DNA of 64,000 nt, taken from NCBI GenBank assembly GCA_016719645.1, contig JADJYS010000001.1, positions 134,558-198,557 on the forward strand, given 5' to 3'. The position numbers and the translations under genes were made by a program. How positions within the stretch are numbered: the stretch's first letter is position 1; the number at the start of each line of letters is the position of its first letter. The notes beneath the pieces were generated by a model that saw nothing but the letters and a program-made list of their open reading frames with translations, made no database searches and was not told where the DNA came from. This DNA is from a bacterium (GTDB lineage: Bacteria > Krumholzibacteriota > Krumholzibacteriia > LZORAL124-64-63). This document shows positions 9,956 through 19,448 of this stretch, in pieces.

Positions 9956-10783
9956 GTGAACCCGAGCGCCGACGCGACCGCACCGCCCGCCCGCCGCCTG
10001 CGCGGGACGATCGCCGACGAGACCGCGGTCTCGTCGTCCATGCGCCGGCTCGACCTCGAACTGGAGGAACCCGTCGCCTTCCAGCCCGGCCAGTTCTGCA
10101 TGCTCAACCTCGCGGGCGAGCGGGCCCTGGTTTTCGGCCGCCCCTTCTCCCTGCTGGCGGCCTCGGGCCGGCGCCTCTCCCTGCTCTACAAGGTCGTCGG
10201 CCGCGGCACCGCCCGCCTGCGCGATGCCGGCGCCGGCGCACCGGTCACCTGCCTGACGCCCCTGGGCCGGCCGTTCCCCGCGCCGGACGAGCGGCCGCGC
10301 CTGCTGCTCGCGGGCGGGGTGGGCCTGCCGCCGCTGATCGCCTGGGCGGAGCGCTGGGGCCGCCCGCGGGACCTGCGCTGCGCCGGCGGCCGCGACGGCG
10401 ACGACCTGCCCCGCGGCCTGCTGGGGCCCGGCTGGCGCCTCAGCGCGGACCGGCCCGCCGGGGAGCCGGGGGGCCGGGCGGTCTTCGCCGGGAACGTGGT
10501 GGAACTGGCGCGCTCGCTGCTGCCCGCCGGGGCGCCGGCGCACGTGGTGCTGGCCTGCGGCCCGCTGCCCCTGCTGCGGGCGGCCGCGGGATTGGCCGAC
10601 GAGCGGGGCTGGGACTGCCTGGTCTCGGTGGAGGAGCGCATGGGCTGCGGCTACGGCGTGTGCCGGGGCTGCGTGGTCCCGCGCGCCGGCGACGACGGCT
10701 ACGCCACGGCCTGCAAGGACGGGCCGGTCTTCGACGCCCGCGCACTGGACTGGGCGAGGTTCGGCGGGGAGGGCGCGGCGTGA
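9956..10783 (+). CDS. pyrK: dihydroorotate dehydrogenase electron-transfer subunit
   Basis: FAD/NAD-binding ferredoxin-reductase fold with C-terminal 2Fe-2S Cys cluster (CGYGVCRGCVV). GTG start. GTGA overlap with pyrD. Confidence 0.85.
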   Translation: MNPSADATAPPARRLRGTIADETAVSSSMRRLDLELEEPVAFQPGQFCMLNLAGERALVFGRPFSLLAASGRRLSLLYKVVGRGTARLRDAGAGAPVTCLTPLGRPFPAPDERPRLLLAGGVGLPPLIAWAERWGRPRDLRCAGGRDGDDLPRGLLGPGWRLSADRPAGEPGGRAVFAGNVVELARSLLPAGAPAHVVLACGPLPLLRAAAGLADERGWDCLVSVEERMGCGYGVCRGCVVPRAGDDGYATACKDGPVFDARALDWARFGGEGAA

Positions 10784-11703
10784 CGAAGCTGCCGGACTGG
10801 CTCGCCTTCGATCCCCGCGGGCCGCTGCGGCTCGGCCCCCGCACCTTCCCCGGCCGGATCTGGACGGCGTCGGGCTGCTTCGGCTACGGCCTCGACGGCG
10901 CCGATCTCGGCACCGCCGGGGGCGGCTCGCCCTTCGACGGCCTCGGCGCCGTGGTCACCAAGACGGTCACGCCGCAGGCGCGCCGCGGCAACCCGCCGCC
11001 GCGGCTGTGGGAGACCGCGCACGGCGCGCTGAATTCCATCGGTCTGGAGAACGTCGGCCTCGCGAGGTTCGCGGACGAGATCGTGCCGGTCCTGGAGGCG
11101 CGCGGGGTGCCCTTCGTGGCCAGCCTCGCGGCCACCCGGCCCGAGGAGTTCGGGGACCTGGCCCGCCGCCTGGCCGCCGCGGCCGCCGGCGCGGCGCACT
11201 GGCACGGCGTCGAGCTGAACCTGAGCTGCCCGAACGTGGCCGAGGGCGGGGTCGACTTCGGCCGCGATCCCGAGACGGTGGAGCGCTGCGTCGCCGCGGC
11301 CCGCGAGCACCTGGCGGGGCGCGCCCTGCTGGCCAAGCTCACGCCCAACGTCGGCAGCATCGCCCGGCTCGCGGCGGCGGCGGCGCGCGGCGGCGCCGAC
11401 GGGGTGACCGCCATCAACACCCTGATCGGCATGGACGTGGACCTGCGCACGGGCGAGCCGGTCCTGCCGCGCCGCCGGGGCGGCTACAGCGGCCCCGCGC
11501 TGCTGCCGGTGGCGCTGGCGCGCGTCGACGAGATCGTGCAGGAGACGGGGCTGCCCGTGGTGGGCGTCGGCGGGGTCGCGACCCTCGAGGATGCGCTGAA
11601 GTTCTTCGCGGTGGGGGCGGTGGCCGTGCAGGTCGGCACGGCCCAGATGAGCGATCCCTTCGCCGCCGCGGCGGTGGCCGCGGCGCTGGCGGCGGCCGGC
11701 TAG
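10780..11703 (+). CDS. pyrD: dihydroorotate dehydrogenase catalytic subunit (class 1B)
   Basis: SGCFGYG, NSIGLEN, NLSCPN and NTL motifs of DHOD family 1. Confidence 0.9.
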   Translation: MTKLPDWLAFDPRGPLRLGPRTFPGRIWTASGCFGYGLDGADLGTAGGGSPFDGLGAVVTKTVTPQARRGNPPPRLWETAHGALNSIGLENVGLARFADEIVPVLEARGVPFVASLAATRPEEFGDLARRLAAAAAGAAHWHGVELNLSCPNVAEGGVDFGRDPETVERCVAAAREHLAGRALLAKLTPNVGSIARLAAAAARGGADGVTAINTLIGMDVDLRTGEPVLPRRRGGYSGPALLPVALARVDEIVQETGLPVVGVGGVATLEDALKFFAVGAVAVQVGTAQMSDPFAAAAVAAALAAAG

Positions 11704-12791
11704 TAGTCGTCCCTCGGCACGGCGTAGTCGTCGTCGTAGGGATCGTCCCCGCCATCCTTGAAGTCCTCGTCGAGGTCTTCCGGCAGGTTCTCCTCGCGGA
11801 TGCCGTCCGGGACGGGCGGCGTCTCCTTGCCCTCCTCGAGCTCCACCGGCAACCCGTCGGGGAAGTCGGCTTCCAGCAGGTCGATCAGCGAGGCCGTGTT
11901 GAGCAGGAGCTGCTCGGCCAGCCGCACGCCCAGCGCCGCCGCCTCGGCCGAGGGGCCGCGCAGCACCGACTGGTTCATCGAGCTGCCGCGCAGGGAGCCC
12001 ACGGCCCCGGTGACGATCAGGCTGTCCTCGCCCGCCTGGGCCAGCACGCCGAGGGGGCAGTCCTGGTCCGAGCAGATGCGCTCGCGGAAGGCGAGCTCGG
12101 CCGTCATCTCCGCGCGCGACTGGGGGGAGTCCACGGCCGCCGCCATGCCGAGCACCTCGCCGTCGCCGGCCCTGGCCACGATGGCGATGAGGCCCTGGCC
12201 GGCCCCGGGCAGGGTCATCTCCGGGAAGAAGATCTCCGTCACGATGTCCTGGACGCCCAGGCGTTCGGCGATGGCCGCGGGCAGGACCAGGCAGTCGACG
12301 GCCTCGTCCTGGAGGTACGCGTCCAGCGCCTCGACGGCGCCGCCGTAGAGGAGCTTCGGCTTCAGCTGCGGCCAGAGCTGGGTGATCTGGGCCATCGAGC
12401 GGCGGGACAGGACGCCGACGCGCGTGCCGTCCTCGAGGTCGTCCGCGATGCAGCCGCCCTTGTGCAGCAGGGCGTCGAAGGGCGTGTTGCGCTCGGGCAC
12501 CGCGGCGACCACCAGCCCCGCCGGCAGCGGCCGGACGATGTCCTCCGCGGCGATGTCCAGCAGCTGGAACTCCCCGGCCAGCAGGCGCGACAGCAGCATC
12601 TCGATCTCCGCCGCCGAGTGGGCGCAGTACAGCTCCGACGCGCTCTGCCGGTTGGTGCGGGGGTCCGAGACGGTGACCATGTCGAAGATGGCCTTGGGGT
12701 GCGCCGCGCGCAGCCTCTCGATGACCAGCAGGGTCTGGGCGCGGTTGAGGCGCCCGTCGAGGGTGCCCAGGGTGTAGGTGCCGCTGCTCAT
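11700..12791 (-). CDS. hemC: hydroxymethylbilane synthase (porphobilinogen deaminase) with acidic C-terminal tail
   Basis: LNRAQTLLVIERL, cofactor-Cys region ERICSDQDCPLG. About 45-aa D/E-rich C-terminal extension. Its stop shares the CTAG tetranucleotide with the pyrD stop. Confidence 0.85.
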   Translation of the reverse strand: MSSGTYTLGTLDGRLNRAQTLLVIERLRAAHPKAIFDMVTVSDPRTNRQSASELYCAHSAAEIEMLLSRLLAGEFQLLDIAAEDIVRPLPAGLVVAAVPERNTPFDALLHKGGCIADDLEDGTRVGVLSRRSMAQITQLWPQLKPKLLYGGAVEALDAYLQDEAVDCLVLPAAIAERLGVQDIVTEIFFPEMTLPGAGQGLIAIVARAGDGEVLGMAAAVDSPQSRAEMTAELAFRERICSDQDCPLGVLAQAGEDSLIVTGAVGSLRGSSMNQSVLRGPSAEAAALGVRLAEQLLLNTASLIDLLEADFPDGLPVELEEGKETPPVPDGIREENLPEDLDEDFKDGGDDPYDDDYAVPRDDY

Positions 12792-12828
12792 CGCTCGTAC
12801 GCTCCCGTGATCGCGGTCCGCGCCCCTG

Positions 12829-13956
12829 TCAGGCCGTCCCGGCGAGGTGTTCCCGCACCAGTTCCCCGATCCGCCGGGCGTCCCGCTCGGGCAGCGCCTG
12901 GTGGATCGGCAGCGCCAGCACTTCGCGCCCCGCCGCCTCGGCGTGCGCCAGGTCGCCGTGGACCCGGCAGTACTCGGCCAGCTCGTGGCGGTGCAGCGGC
13001 GGGTCGTAGTAGACGCCGAAGTCGACGCCCGCTTCCCGCAGCCGGGCTTCCAGTCTGGCACGTTCCGGGACACGGATCCAGTACTGATGATGGGTGACGC
13101 GCAGCCCGGAGCCCGGCCGGGGCGTGGCCAGCCGGTGGGCCTCCGGGACGAGCTCGTTGTAGACGGCGGCGGCCCGGTCGCGGTCGGCCTGCTCGTCGGC
13201 GAAGCGGGCCAGGCGGACGCGGATCGCCAGGGCCTGGATCTCGTCGAGGCGGCTGTTCCAGCCCGAGTGCAGGCGGCCGCCGACGCGGACCGTCTCGTGG
13301 CCGCGCAGGCGGCGCAGCAGGGCGGCGTCGGCGGCGTCGCGGCAGAGGATCATGCCGCCGTCGCCGATGCCGGGCAGGTTCTTGGTCGGGTAGAAGCTGA
13401 GGCAGGCCGTCCGGCCGAGGGAGCCGCACGGGCGGCCGCGGTAGAGGGAGCCGAAGGCCTGGCACATGTCTTCCACGATGTCCAGGCCGTGGCGGGCCGC
13501 CGTCCGCTCGAGGGGCTCCATCTCGCAGGGCATGCCGAAGATGTGCACCGGCAGCAGCACGCGGGTGCGCGCGGTGACGGCGTCGGCGGCGAGGTCGGGG
13601 TCCAGGTTGAGCGTGCGCGGGTCGATGTCGACGAAGACCGGCGTGCCGCCGAGGCGGATGATCGCCTCGATCGTGGCCACGAAGGTGTAGGGGGTGGTCA
13701 CGACCTCCACCCCGGGCCCGACCCCCGCGATCTGCAGCGCCATGTAGAGGGCGGCCGACCCGGAGGCGACGCCGACCGCGTCGGCGGCCCCGCAGGCCGT
13801 CGCCATCTCGGCTTCCAGGGCGTGCACCTCGCGGCCCAGGATGTACTGCCCGGTCGTCAGCAGGCGCTCGACCCCGTCCAGGATCTCCTGCTTGCAGGGC
13901 AGCATGGGCGTCACCAGGTCGTAGCGGTCGACGCGCCGACCTTCGTTCTCGTGCAT
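12829..13956 (-). CDS. DegT/DnrJ/EryC1/StrS family sugar aminotransferase (PLP-dependent)
   Basis: Family-typical motifs including the active-site Lys region (FYPTKNL) and GDGG. Confidence 0.85.
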   Translation of the reverse strand: MHENEGRRVDRYDLVTPMLPCKQEILDGVERLLTTGQYILGREVHALEAEMATACGAADAVGVASGSAALYMALQIAGVGPGVEVVTTPYTFVATIEAIIRLGGTPVFVDIDPRTLNLDPDLAADAVTARTRVLLPVHIFGMPCEMEPLERTAARHGLDIVEDMCQAFGSLYRGRPCGSLGRTACLSFYPTKNLPGIGDGGMILCRDAADAALLRRLRGHETVRVGGRLHSGWNSRLDEIQALAIRVRLARFADEQADRDRAAAVYNELVPEAHRLATPRPGSGLRVTHHQYWIRVPERARLEARLREAGVDFGVYYDPPLHRHELAEYCRVHGDLAHAEAAGREVLALPIHQALPERDARRIGELVREHLAGTA

Positions 13957-13998
13957 GGGGTCCTTCCCTTTCCGGTCTTGGCGGCTCCCGCGGCGCGG

Positions 13999-15309
13999 CT
14001 AGGCGCGGGGGCGCCCGAAGCAGCGGTAGGCGAAGCCGTGCTCGCCCAGCAGGGCGCTGTTGTAGACGTTGCGGCAATCGAGGAAGCGGCGCCCGCGCAC
14101 GGCTTCGCCGAGCCGCGCCAGGTCGAGCTGCCGGTACTCGTTCCACTCGGTGACCAGCAGGACGAGGTCGGCGCCGGTCGCGGCGTCGTACGGGCCTTCG
14201 CAGTAGCGCAGCGCGGGGTGGAGGACCCGGAAGTTGTCCATGGCCACCGGGTCGTGCACGCGCAGCGAGGCGCCCGCGTCCTGCAGGGCGGCGACCAGCG
14301 CCCGGCTCGGCGCGTCGCGGATGTCGTCGGTGTTCGGCTTGAAGCTCAGGCCCAGCAGGGCCACGACCGCGCCCTTCAGGTCGGGCAGCAGCTCGCGGGC
14401 CTTCGCCATGGCGATGCCGGGCAGGCGGTCGTTCACGCCGATGGCCGCGCGCACGATGCTCATGTCGGTGCCGGCCTGCTCGGCGATGTGGACGATCGCG
14501 TTGGTGTCCTTGGGCAGGCACGAGCCGCCGAAGCCCAGGCCGGCGTGCAGGAACTTCGGGCCGATGCGCTTGTCCAGGCCCATGGCCTTGGCCACCAGCG
14601 AGACGTCGGCGCCCACGCGGTCGGCCAGCGCGGAGATCTCGTTGATGTAGGAGATCTTCACCGCCAGGAAGGCGTTGCTGGCGTACTTGATCAGCTCCGC
14701 GGATTCGATGTCGCAGTTGAGGATCGGGGTCTCCAGCAGGTAGAGCGGGCGGTAGATCTCGCGCATGACCTTCTCGCCGTGGGCCGACTCGGTGCCGACC
14801 ACCACGCGGTCGGGGCGCATGAAGTCCTCGATGCTCGACCCCTCGCGCAGGAACTCGGGGTTGCTGGCCAGCTCGAAGTCCACCGGCCGCGGCTGGGACT
14901 CCAGGATGGCCGCCTTGACCTTGCGGGAGGTGCCCACCGGCACGGTGCTCTTGGTGACGATGACGCACGGGCGCGTCATGAGCTGCCCGATCTCGCGCGC
15001 GACGTTCAGCACGTAGGTCAGGTCGGCCTCGCCGCCGTCGGACATGGGCGTCTGCACGGCGATGAAGATGACGTCCGTCTTGCCCATCGCCTCGGCCAGC
15101 GAGGTGGTGAAGAAGAGGCGGTTCCCGGCGACGTTCTTGGCGACCAGGCGGTCGAGGCCCGGTTCGTAGATCGGCATGACCCCGCGGTGGAGGTCGGCGA
15201 TGCGCTCGGCGTTGATGTCGACGCACCAGACCTCGTGCCCGAAGTCGGCCAGGCAGGCCCCCGAGACGAGGCCCACGTATCCGGTCCCGATCATGCAGAT
15301 GCGGCTCAT
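13999..15309 (-). CDS. ugd: UDP-glucose 6-dehydrogenase / nucleotide-sugar dehydrogenase
   Basis: N-terminal GxGxVG Rossmann motif, catalytic Cys (GGSCLPKD), UDPG_MGDP_dh C-terminal domain. Confidence 0.88.
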   Translation of the reverse strand: MSRICMIGTGYVGLVSGACLADFGHEVWCVDINAERIADLHRGVMPIYEPGLDRLVAKNVAGNRLFFTTSLAEAMGKTDVIFIAVQTPMSDGGEADLTYVLNVAREIGQLMTRPCVIVTKSTVPVGTSRKVKAAILESQPRPVDFELASNPEFLREGSSIEDFMRPDRVVVGTESAHGEKVMREIYRPLYLLETPILNCDIESAELIKYASNAFLAVKISYINEISALADRVGADVSLVAKAMGLDKRIGPKFLHAGLGFGGSCLPKDTNAIVHIAEQAGTDMSIVRAAIGVNDRLPGIAMAKARELLPDLKGAVVALLGLSFKPNTDDIRDAPSRALVAALQDAGASLRVHDPVAMDNFRVLHPALRYCEGPYDAATGADLVLLVTEWNEYRQLDLARLGEAVRGRRFLDCRNVYNSALLGEHGFAYRCFGRPRA

Positions 15310-15523
15310 CGCTGCTCCCTCGTCCCCTGCCGCAGGTCGCGCAGGGCGGTTTCCAGGTCCCTTATCGACGCCCTTCCCGCGGCGGCGCGCTCTGCGGCGG
15401 CGTCGGCTCCGGGACGGGCAGGTTCGGCGGATCGCGGGTGGTCCGGTCCGGACACGGTCGTCAAGTTCCGATGCCCGGCTGGAGATGTCCAGCGCGTTTT
15501 CGGGGCGCGGCCGCCGTTCGGGC

Positions 15524-15964
15524 TCAGCCGTTGGCCAGGCGCAGCCATTCCTTGTAGAGGCAGCGGTCCGCGACGACGACCAGCCCCGCGGCGACCGCCT
15601 TGCGGGACGCCTCGGCGTGCGCCACGCCCTCCTGCAGCCAGACCGCGCGCGCGCCGGCGGCGATGGCCGCGTCCACGATGGCGGGGACGGCCTCGCTGCG
15701 GCGGAACACGTCGACCACGTCGATCGGGCCCGGCACGTCGGACAGCGCCGGGTAGACCGGGACGCCGAGCACTTCCCGCAGCTGGGGGTTGACGCCGGCG
15801 ACCTCGATGCCCTGGCCGATCAGGAAGCGGGCGATGCCGTGGCTGGCCCGCTCCGGGTTCTCGGAGATGCCCACCACGGCCACCCGGCGCATCCCGAGCA
15901 GGAGCGCGCGGACCGACGCGTCGTCGGGCGTGGGATCGAAATCGTCGCTGCGGTTGGCGTCCAT
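15524..15964 (-). CDS. CoA-binding domain protein (YccU-like)
   Basis: [24 protein letters not shown]...GVNPQ typical of CoA_binding_2. True ATG lies internal to ORF 15524..16156. Confidence 0.75.
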   Translation of the reverse strand: MDANRSDDFDPTPDDASVRALLLGMRRVAVVGISENPERASHGIARFLIGQGIEVAGVNPQLREVLGVPVYPALSDVPGPIDVVDVFRRSEAVPAIVDAAIAAGARAVWLQEGVAHAEASRKAVAAGLVVVADRCLYKEWLRLANG

Positions 15965-16137
15965 CGCCGCTCCTTCGCGTCTGCAGGGGATCCGTGGGGG
16001 AGGCCCGGGCCCCGCAAAGTGTACGGGTGGCCGTCCCCGGTGTCCACTCCGGGCCGGCGGCGGATTTCGATTTCCCGTCCGCACCGCGGTTGCTATCTTC
16101 GCGGCGGCGTCACGAATCCCGACCCGCGAGGACAGCC

Positions 16138-18165
16138 ATGAACCCCGTGCTGACATCCGTGCTGCTGCTGGCGGCCCTGGCCATGTTCGCGAACACCATC
16201 GCGGACCGCTACTGGCTGCTGAGGGCCGCCGAGGCCGACGACCGCCGGGACCGCCTCGGCGAACGCCTGCGGCGCCTGTTCGCCATCGGCTTCGGCCAGC
16301 GCCGCCTGCTCTACGAGCGGGGGGCCGGCTGGATGCACGTGGGGATCTTCGCGGGCTTCCTGGTGGTCTCCCTGCGCACGGTCGCGCTGTGCGGCCGCGG
16401 CTTCGACCCGGACTTCCACCTGCCGGGCTTCGGCGGCCTGCTCGGCCAGGCCTACGCGGCGCTGAAGGACGTGTTCGAGGTGATCGTGCTGGCGGCGGTC
16501 GGGTTCGCGGCCTGGCGCCGGCTGGTGCTGCGGCCCGGGCGCCTGCACCTCAGCGCCGAGGGCGTGCTGATCCTCGCCTGGATCGCCGCCTTGATGGCCA
16601 CCGACCTGCTCGGCGACGGGGCCCTGTTCGCCCTGCGGCCCGACCACCCGGAGGCCGGCTGGTCCTTCGTCGGCACCGCGCTGTCGGGGCTGTTCGCGGG
16701 CCTCCCGGCGCCGGAGGTCCGGGCCTGGCTGGCCGTGATGTACTGGTCGCACCTGGTGCTGGTGCTGGCGTTCCTGAACTTCCTGCCCTACGGCAAGCAC
16801 TTCCACGTGCTGACCGCCCTGCCCAACGTGTTCACGATGAAGCTGGGCCCGCCGGCCGCGCCCGCCCGCCTGGATTTCGAGGGGCGCGAGGTCTTCGGCG
16901 TCGGCAAGCTGGAGGACTACTCCTGGCGGCGGCTGCTGGACATGTACACCTGCACCGAGTGCGGCCGCTGCACGGTGCACTGCCCGACGGCCACCACCGG
17001 CAAGCCGCTGCGCCCGCGGGAGCTGATCACCGACCAGCGCGACCACCTGCTGGCCGTCGCCGACGGCCTGCGCCGGGTGGGCAAGCTGAAGCACCAGGGG
17101 CGCGCCGAGGAGGCCGCCGCCGCGTCGGCCGCGCTCGCGCGGCCCGCGCTCGCCGGCGTCGTGATCTCCGACGACGTGCTCTGGGGCTGCACCACCTGCG
17201 GCTACTGCCAGACGGTCTGCCCGGTCGCCATCGAGCACGTCGACCACGTCGTGGACCTGCGCCGCCACCGCATGATGATGGAGTCGGCGATGCCGCCGGA
17301 GTTCCAGGCGGCGCTGCGCGGCCTGGAGAACAACTCGAACCCCTGGAACGTCGGGGCCGCCGCCCGCGAGGACTGGATCGGCGACCTGCCGGTGCCGCGC
17401 CTGCGCGACAAGGGCCGCGCCGAGTACCTGCTCTTCGTGGGCTGCGCCGGCGCCTACGACGAACGCAACAAGGACGTCCTGCGCGCCGTGTGCCGCCTGC
17501 TGAACCACGCCGGCGTGGACTACGCCGTGCTGGGGACCGAGGAGGGCTGCTGCGGCGACCCGGCCCGCCGCGCCGGCCACGAGTACCTCTTCCAGGCGCA
17601 GGCGCAGCGCAACATCGAGACCTTCACCCGCTACGAGGTCGGCGCCGTGGTGACGGCCTGCCCGCACTGCTTCAACATGATCCGCAACGAGTACCCGCAG
17701 TTCGACTGGTCCGCCTCGCGGGTGCTGCACCATTCCGAGCTGCTGCAGGATCTCGTGGCGCAGGGGCGGCTGCGGCTGCGGGCGGGGAGCGGCGCGCGGG
17801 TGACCTACCACGATTCCTGCTACCTCGGCCGGCACAACGGCGTCTACGACGCGCCCCGCGACCTCGTCGACGCCCTCGGCCTCGAGCGCGTGGAGATGGC
17901 CCGCAGCCGCCGCGACGGGTTCTGCTGCGGCGCCGGCGGGGCCCGGATGTTCATGGAGGAGTCCCTGGGCACGCGCATCAACCAGAACCGGGTCGACGAG
18001 GCGGCCGGCACCGGGGCCGCGGAGGTCTGCACCGCCTGCCCGTTCTGCCTGACCATGATCGGCGACGGCATCAAGGAGACCGGGCGCGAGGAGACCCTGC
18101 GCGCCCTGGACCTGGCCGAATTGATCGAGCGCCAGCTCGACGAAGGGGCGCCGCCGCCGCGGTGA
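16138..18165 (+). CDS. membrane-anchored (Fe-S)-binding oxidoreductase with two 4Fe-4S ferredoxin motifs and two CCG domains (HdrD/GlpC-like)
   Basis: N-terminal polytopic membrane domain. [12 protein letters not shown] and [12 protein letters not shown] clusters. C-terminal Cys-rich CCG repeats (CCGDP, CCGAGG). Confidence 0.8.
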   Translation: MNPVLTSVLLLAALAMFANTIADRYWLLRAAEADDRRDRLGERLRRLFAIGFGQRRLLYERGAGWMHVGIFAGFLVVSLRTVALCGRGFDPDFHLPGFGGLLGQAYAALKDVFEVIVLAAVGFAAWRRLVLRPGRLHLSAEGVLILAWIAALMATDLLGDGALFALRPDHPEAGWSFVGTALSGLFAGLPAPEVRAWLAVMYWSHLVLVLAFLNFLPYGKHFHVLTALPNVFTMKLGPPAAPARLDFEGREVFGVGKLEDYSWRRLLDMYTCTECGRCTVHCPTATTGKPLRPRELITDQRDHLLAVADGLRRVGKLKHQGRAEEAAAASAALARPALAGVVISDDVLWGCTTCGYCQTVCPVAIEHVDHVVDLRRHRMMMESAMPPEFQAALRGLENNSNPWNVGAAAREDWIGDLPVPRLRDKGRAEYLLFVGCAGAYDERNKDVLRAVCRLLNHAGVDYAVLGTEEGCCGDPARRAGHEYLFQAQAQRNIETFTRYEVGAVVTACPHCFNMIRNEYPQFDWSASRVLHHSELLQDLVAQGRLRLRAGSGARVTYHDSCYLGRHNGVYDAPRDLVDALGLERVEMARSRRDGFCCGAGGARMFMEESLGTRINQNRVDEAAGTGAAEVCTACPFCLTMIGDGIKETGREETLRALDLAELIERQLDEGAPPPR

Positions 18166-18271
18166 CCGTGTCGGCGCTTGCCAAACAGGAGTCGTGAGGT
18201 AAGATATCGGCGCCGCCGCCGGCTCCGGCCGGCCGCGCGGCGCCGGCCGTTCCCGAGCGATGGAGGCGACG

Positions 18272-19318
18272 ATGTCCGTCTACGAGCCCGTGCGCACCAC
18301 CCCCGAGCTGGACCGCCTCTGGCGGCGCGGCGCCGAGTTCTTCGGTTCGCGCGTGCCCATCATGTGCGGCGCCATGACCTGGATCTCCGACCCGCACCTC
18401 GTCGCGACGTTCAGCAACCTGGGCGGCTTCGCCTCGCTGGCCGGCGGCAACATGCCCCCGGAGCTCTTCGCGGCCTCGATCGACGCCACCCGCGCCCTGA
18501 CCGACCGGCCGTTCGGCGCCAACATCATCGTCATCGCGCCCAACTACCGCGCCCACCTGGACATCTGCTGCGAGAAGCGGCTCAGCCACATCTTCTTCGC
18601 CGGCTCGATCCCGCGCCAGAGCGAGGTCGAGCAGGCCCGCGCGAGCGGCGCGAAGGTGATCTGCTTCGCCTCGGCGGGCTCCATCGCCGAGCGCATGATC
18701 GGCTACGGGGCCGACGCCCTCATCCTGGAGGGCAGCGAGGCGGGCGGGCACATCGGCCACGTCTCGACCACGGTGCTGCTGCAGGAGGTCCTGTTCCCGT
18801 ACGCGGAGCGGCTGCCGATCTTCGTCGCCGGCGGCATCGCGGACGGCCGCATGGTCGGGCACCTCTGCCTCATGGGCGCCGCCGGCGCCCAGCTCGGCAC
18901 GCGCTTCGTCGTCGCCGACGAGTGCCTCGCGCACCCGGCGTTCAAGCAGGCCTTCATCAAGGCCCGCTCCCGCGAGGCGATCGCCACGCCCCAGTACTCG
19001 TCGAAGCTGCCGGTGGTCGCCGTGCGCGCCCTGAACAACGGGGCGATGCAGCGTTTCGGCGAGCTGCAGCTCGACCTGCTGCGCAAGGTGGAGGCGGGGG
19101 AGATCAACCGCCAGGACGCCCAGTTCGAGGTCGAGAAGTACTGGGTCGGCTCGCTGCGGGAGGGGGCGGTGGCCGGCGACGTCGACCGGGGCTCGCTCAT
19201 GGCCGGGCAGTCGGTCGGCCTGGTGACCCGCACCCAGCCCCTGCGCGAGATCCTCCAGCAGCTGGTGGACGAGGCCCATGCGGCCGTCGCGGGCGCCCGC
19301 GGCCGCCTGGAGGCCTGA
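18272..19318 (+). CDS. nitronate monooxygenase (NMO)/FabK-like FMN oxidoreductase
   Basis: NMO/2-nitropropane dioxygenase TIM-barrel motifs (MCGAMTWIS, GSEAGGHIG). GGAGG RBS 5 nt before ATG 18272. ORF track start 18260 is an alternative start. Confidence 0.8.
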   Translation: MSVYEPVRTTPELDRLWRRGAEFFGSRVPIMCGAMTWISDPHLVATFSNLGGFASLAGGNMPPELFAASIDATRALTDRPFGANIIVIAPNYRAHLDICCEKRLSHIFFAGSIPRQSEVEQARASGAKVICFASAGSIAERMIGYGADALILEGSEAGGHIGHVSTTVLLQEVLFPYAERLPIFVAGGIADGRMVGHLCLMGAAGAQLGTRFVVADECLAHPAFKQAFIKARSREAIATPQYSSKLPVVAVRALNNGAMQRFGELQLDLLRKVEAGEINRQDAQFEVEKYWVGSLREGAVAGDVDRGSLMAGQSVGLVTRTQPLREILQQLVDEAHAAVAGARGRLEA

Positions 19319-19448
19319 AGGGGCCCTGCGGGAGGCGCTTCCCCGCTTGACGCTGGCGTCGGCCGGACCCTACATTAGACGGGGCGCGCGACGTCCATCC
19401 GTCGCGTTCGGCCCCGCTTCCGCTCACTCCACCCCTCCGAGGTCGACG

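Noticed and set aside
8563-11703. 1046-aa ORF spanning the lipoprotein, pyrK and pyrD genes
   Set aside because: Only the last about 308 codons (from GTG 10780) are a real gene (pyrD). The upstream part is an open wrong frame across other genes.
11697-11706. Shared CTAG stop-codon overlap of convergent pyrD and hemC as a regulatory feature
   Set aside because: Convergent 4-nt stop overlaps are common in compact GC-rich genomes. No evidence of function.
15306-15548. 80-aa minus-strand ORF in the ugd / CoA-binding intergenic region
   Set aside because: No RBS, Arg/Ala/Pro-rich low complexity, no homology. Judged spurious.
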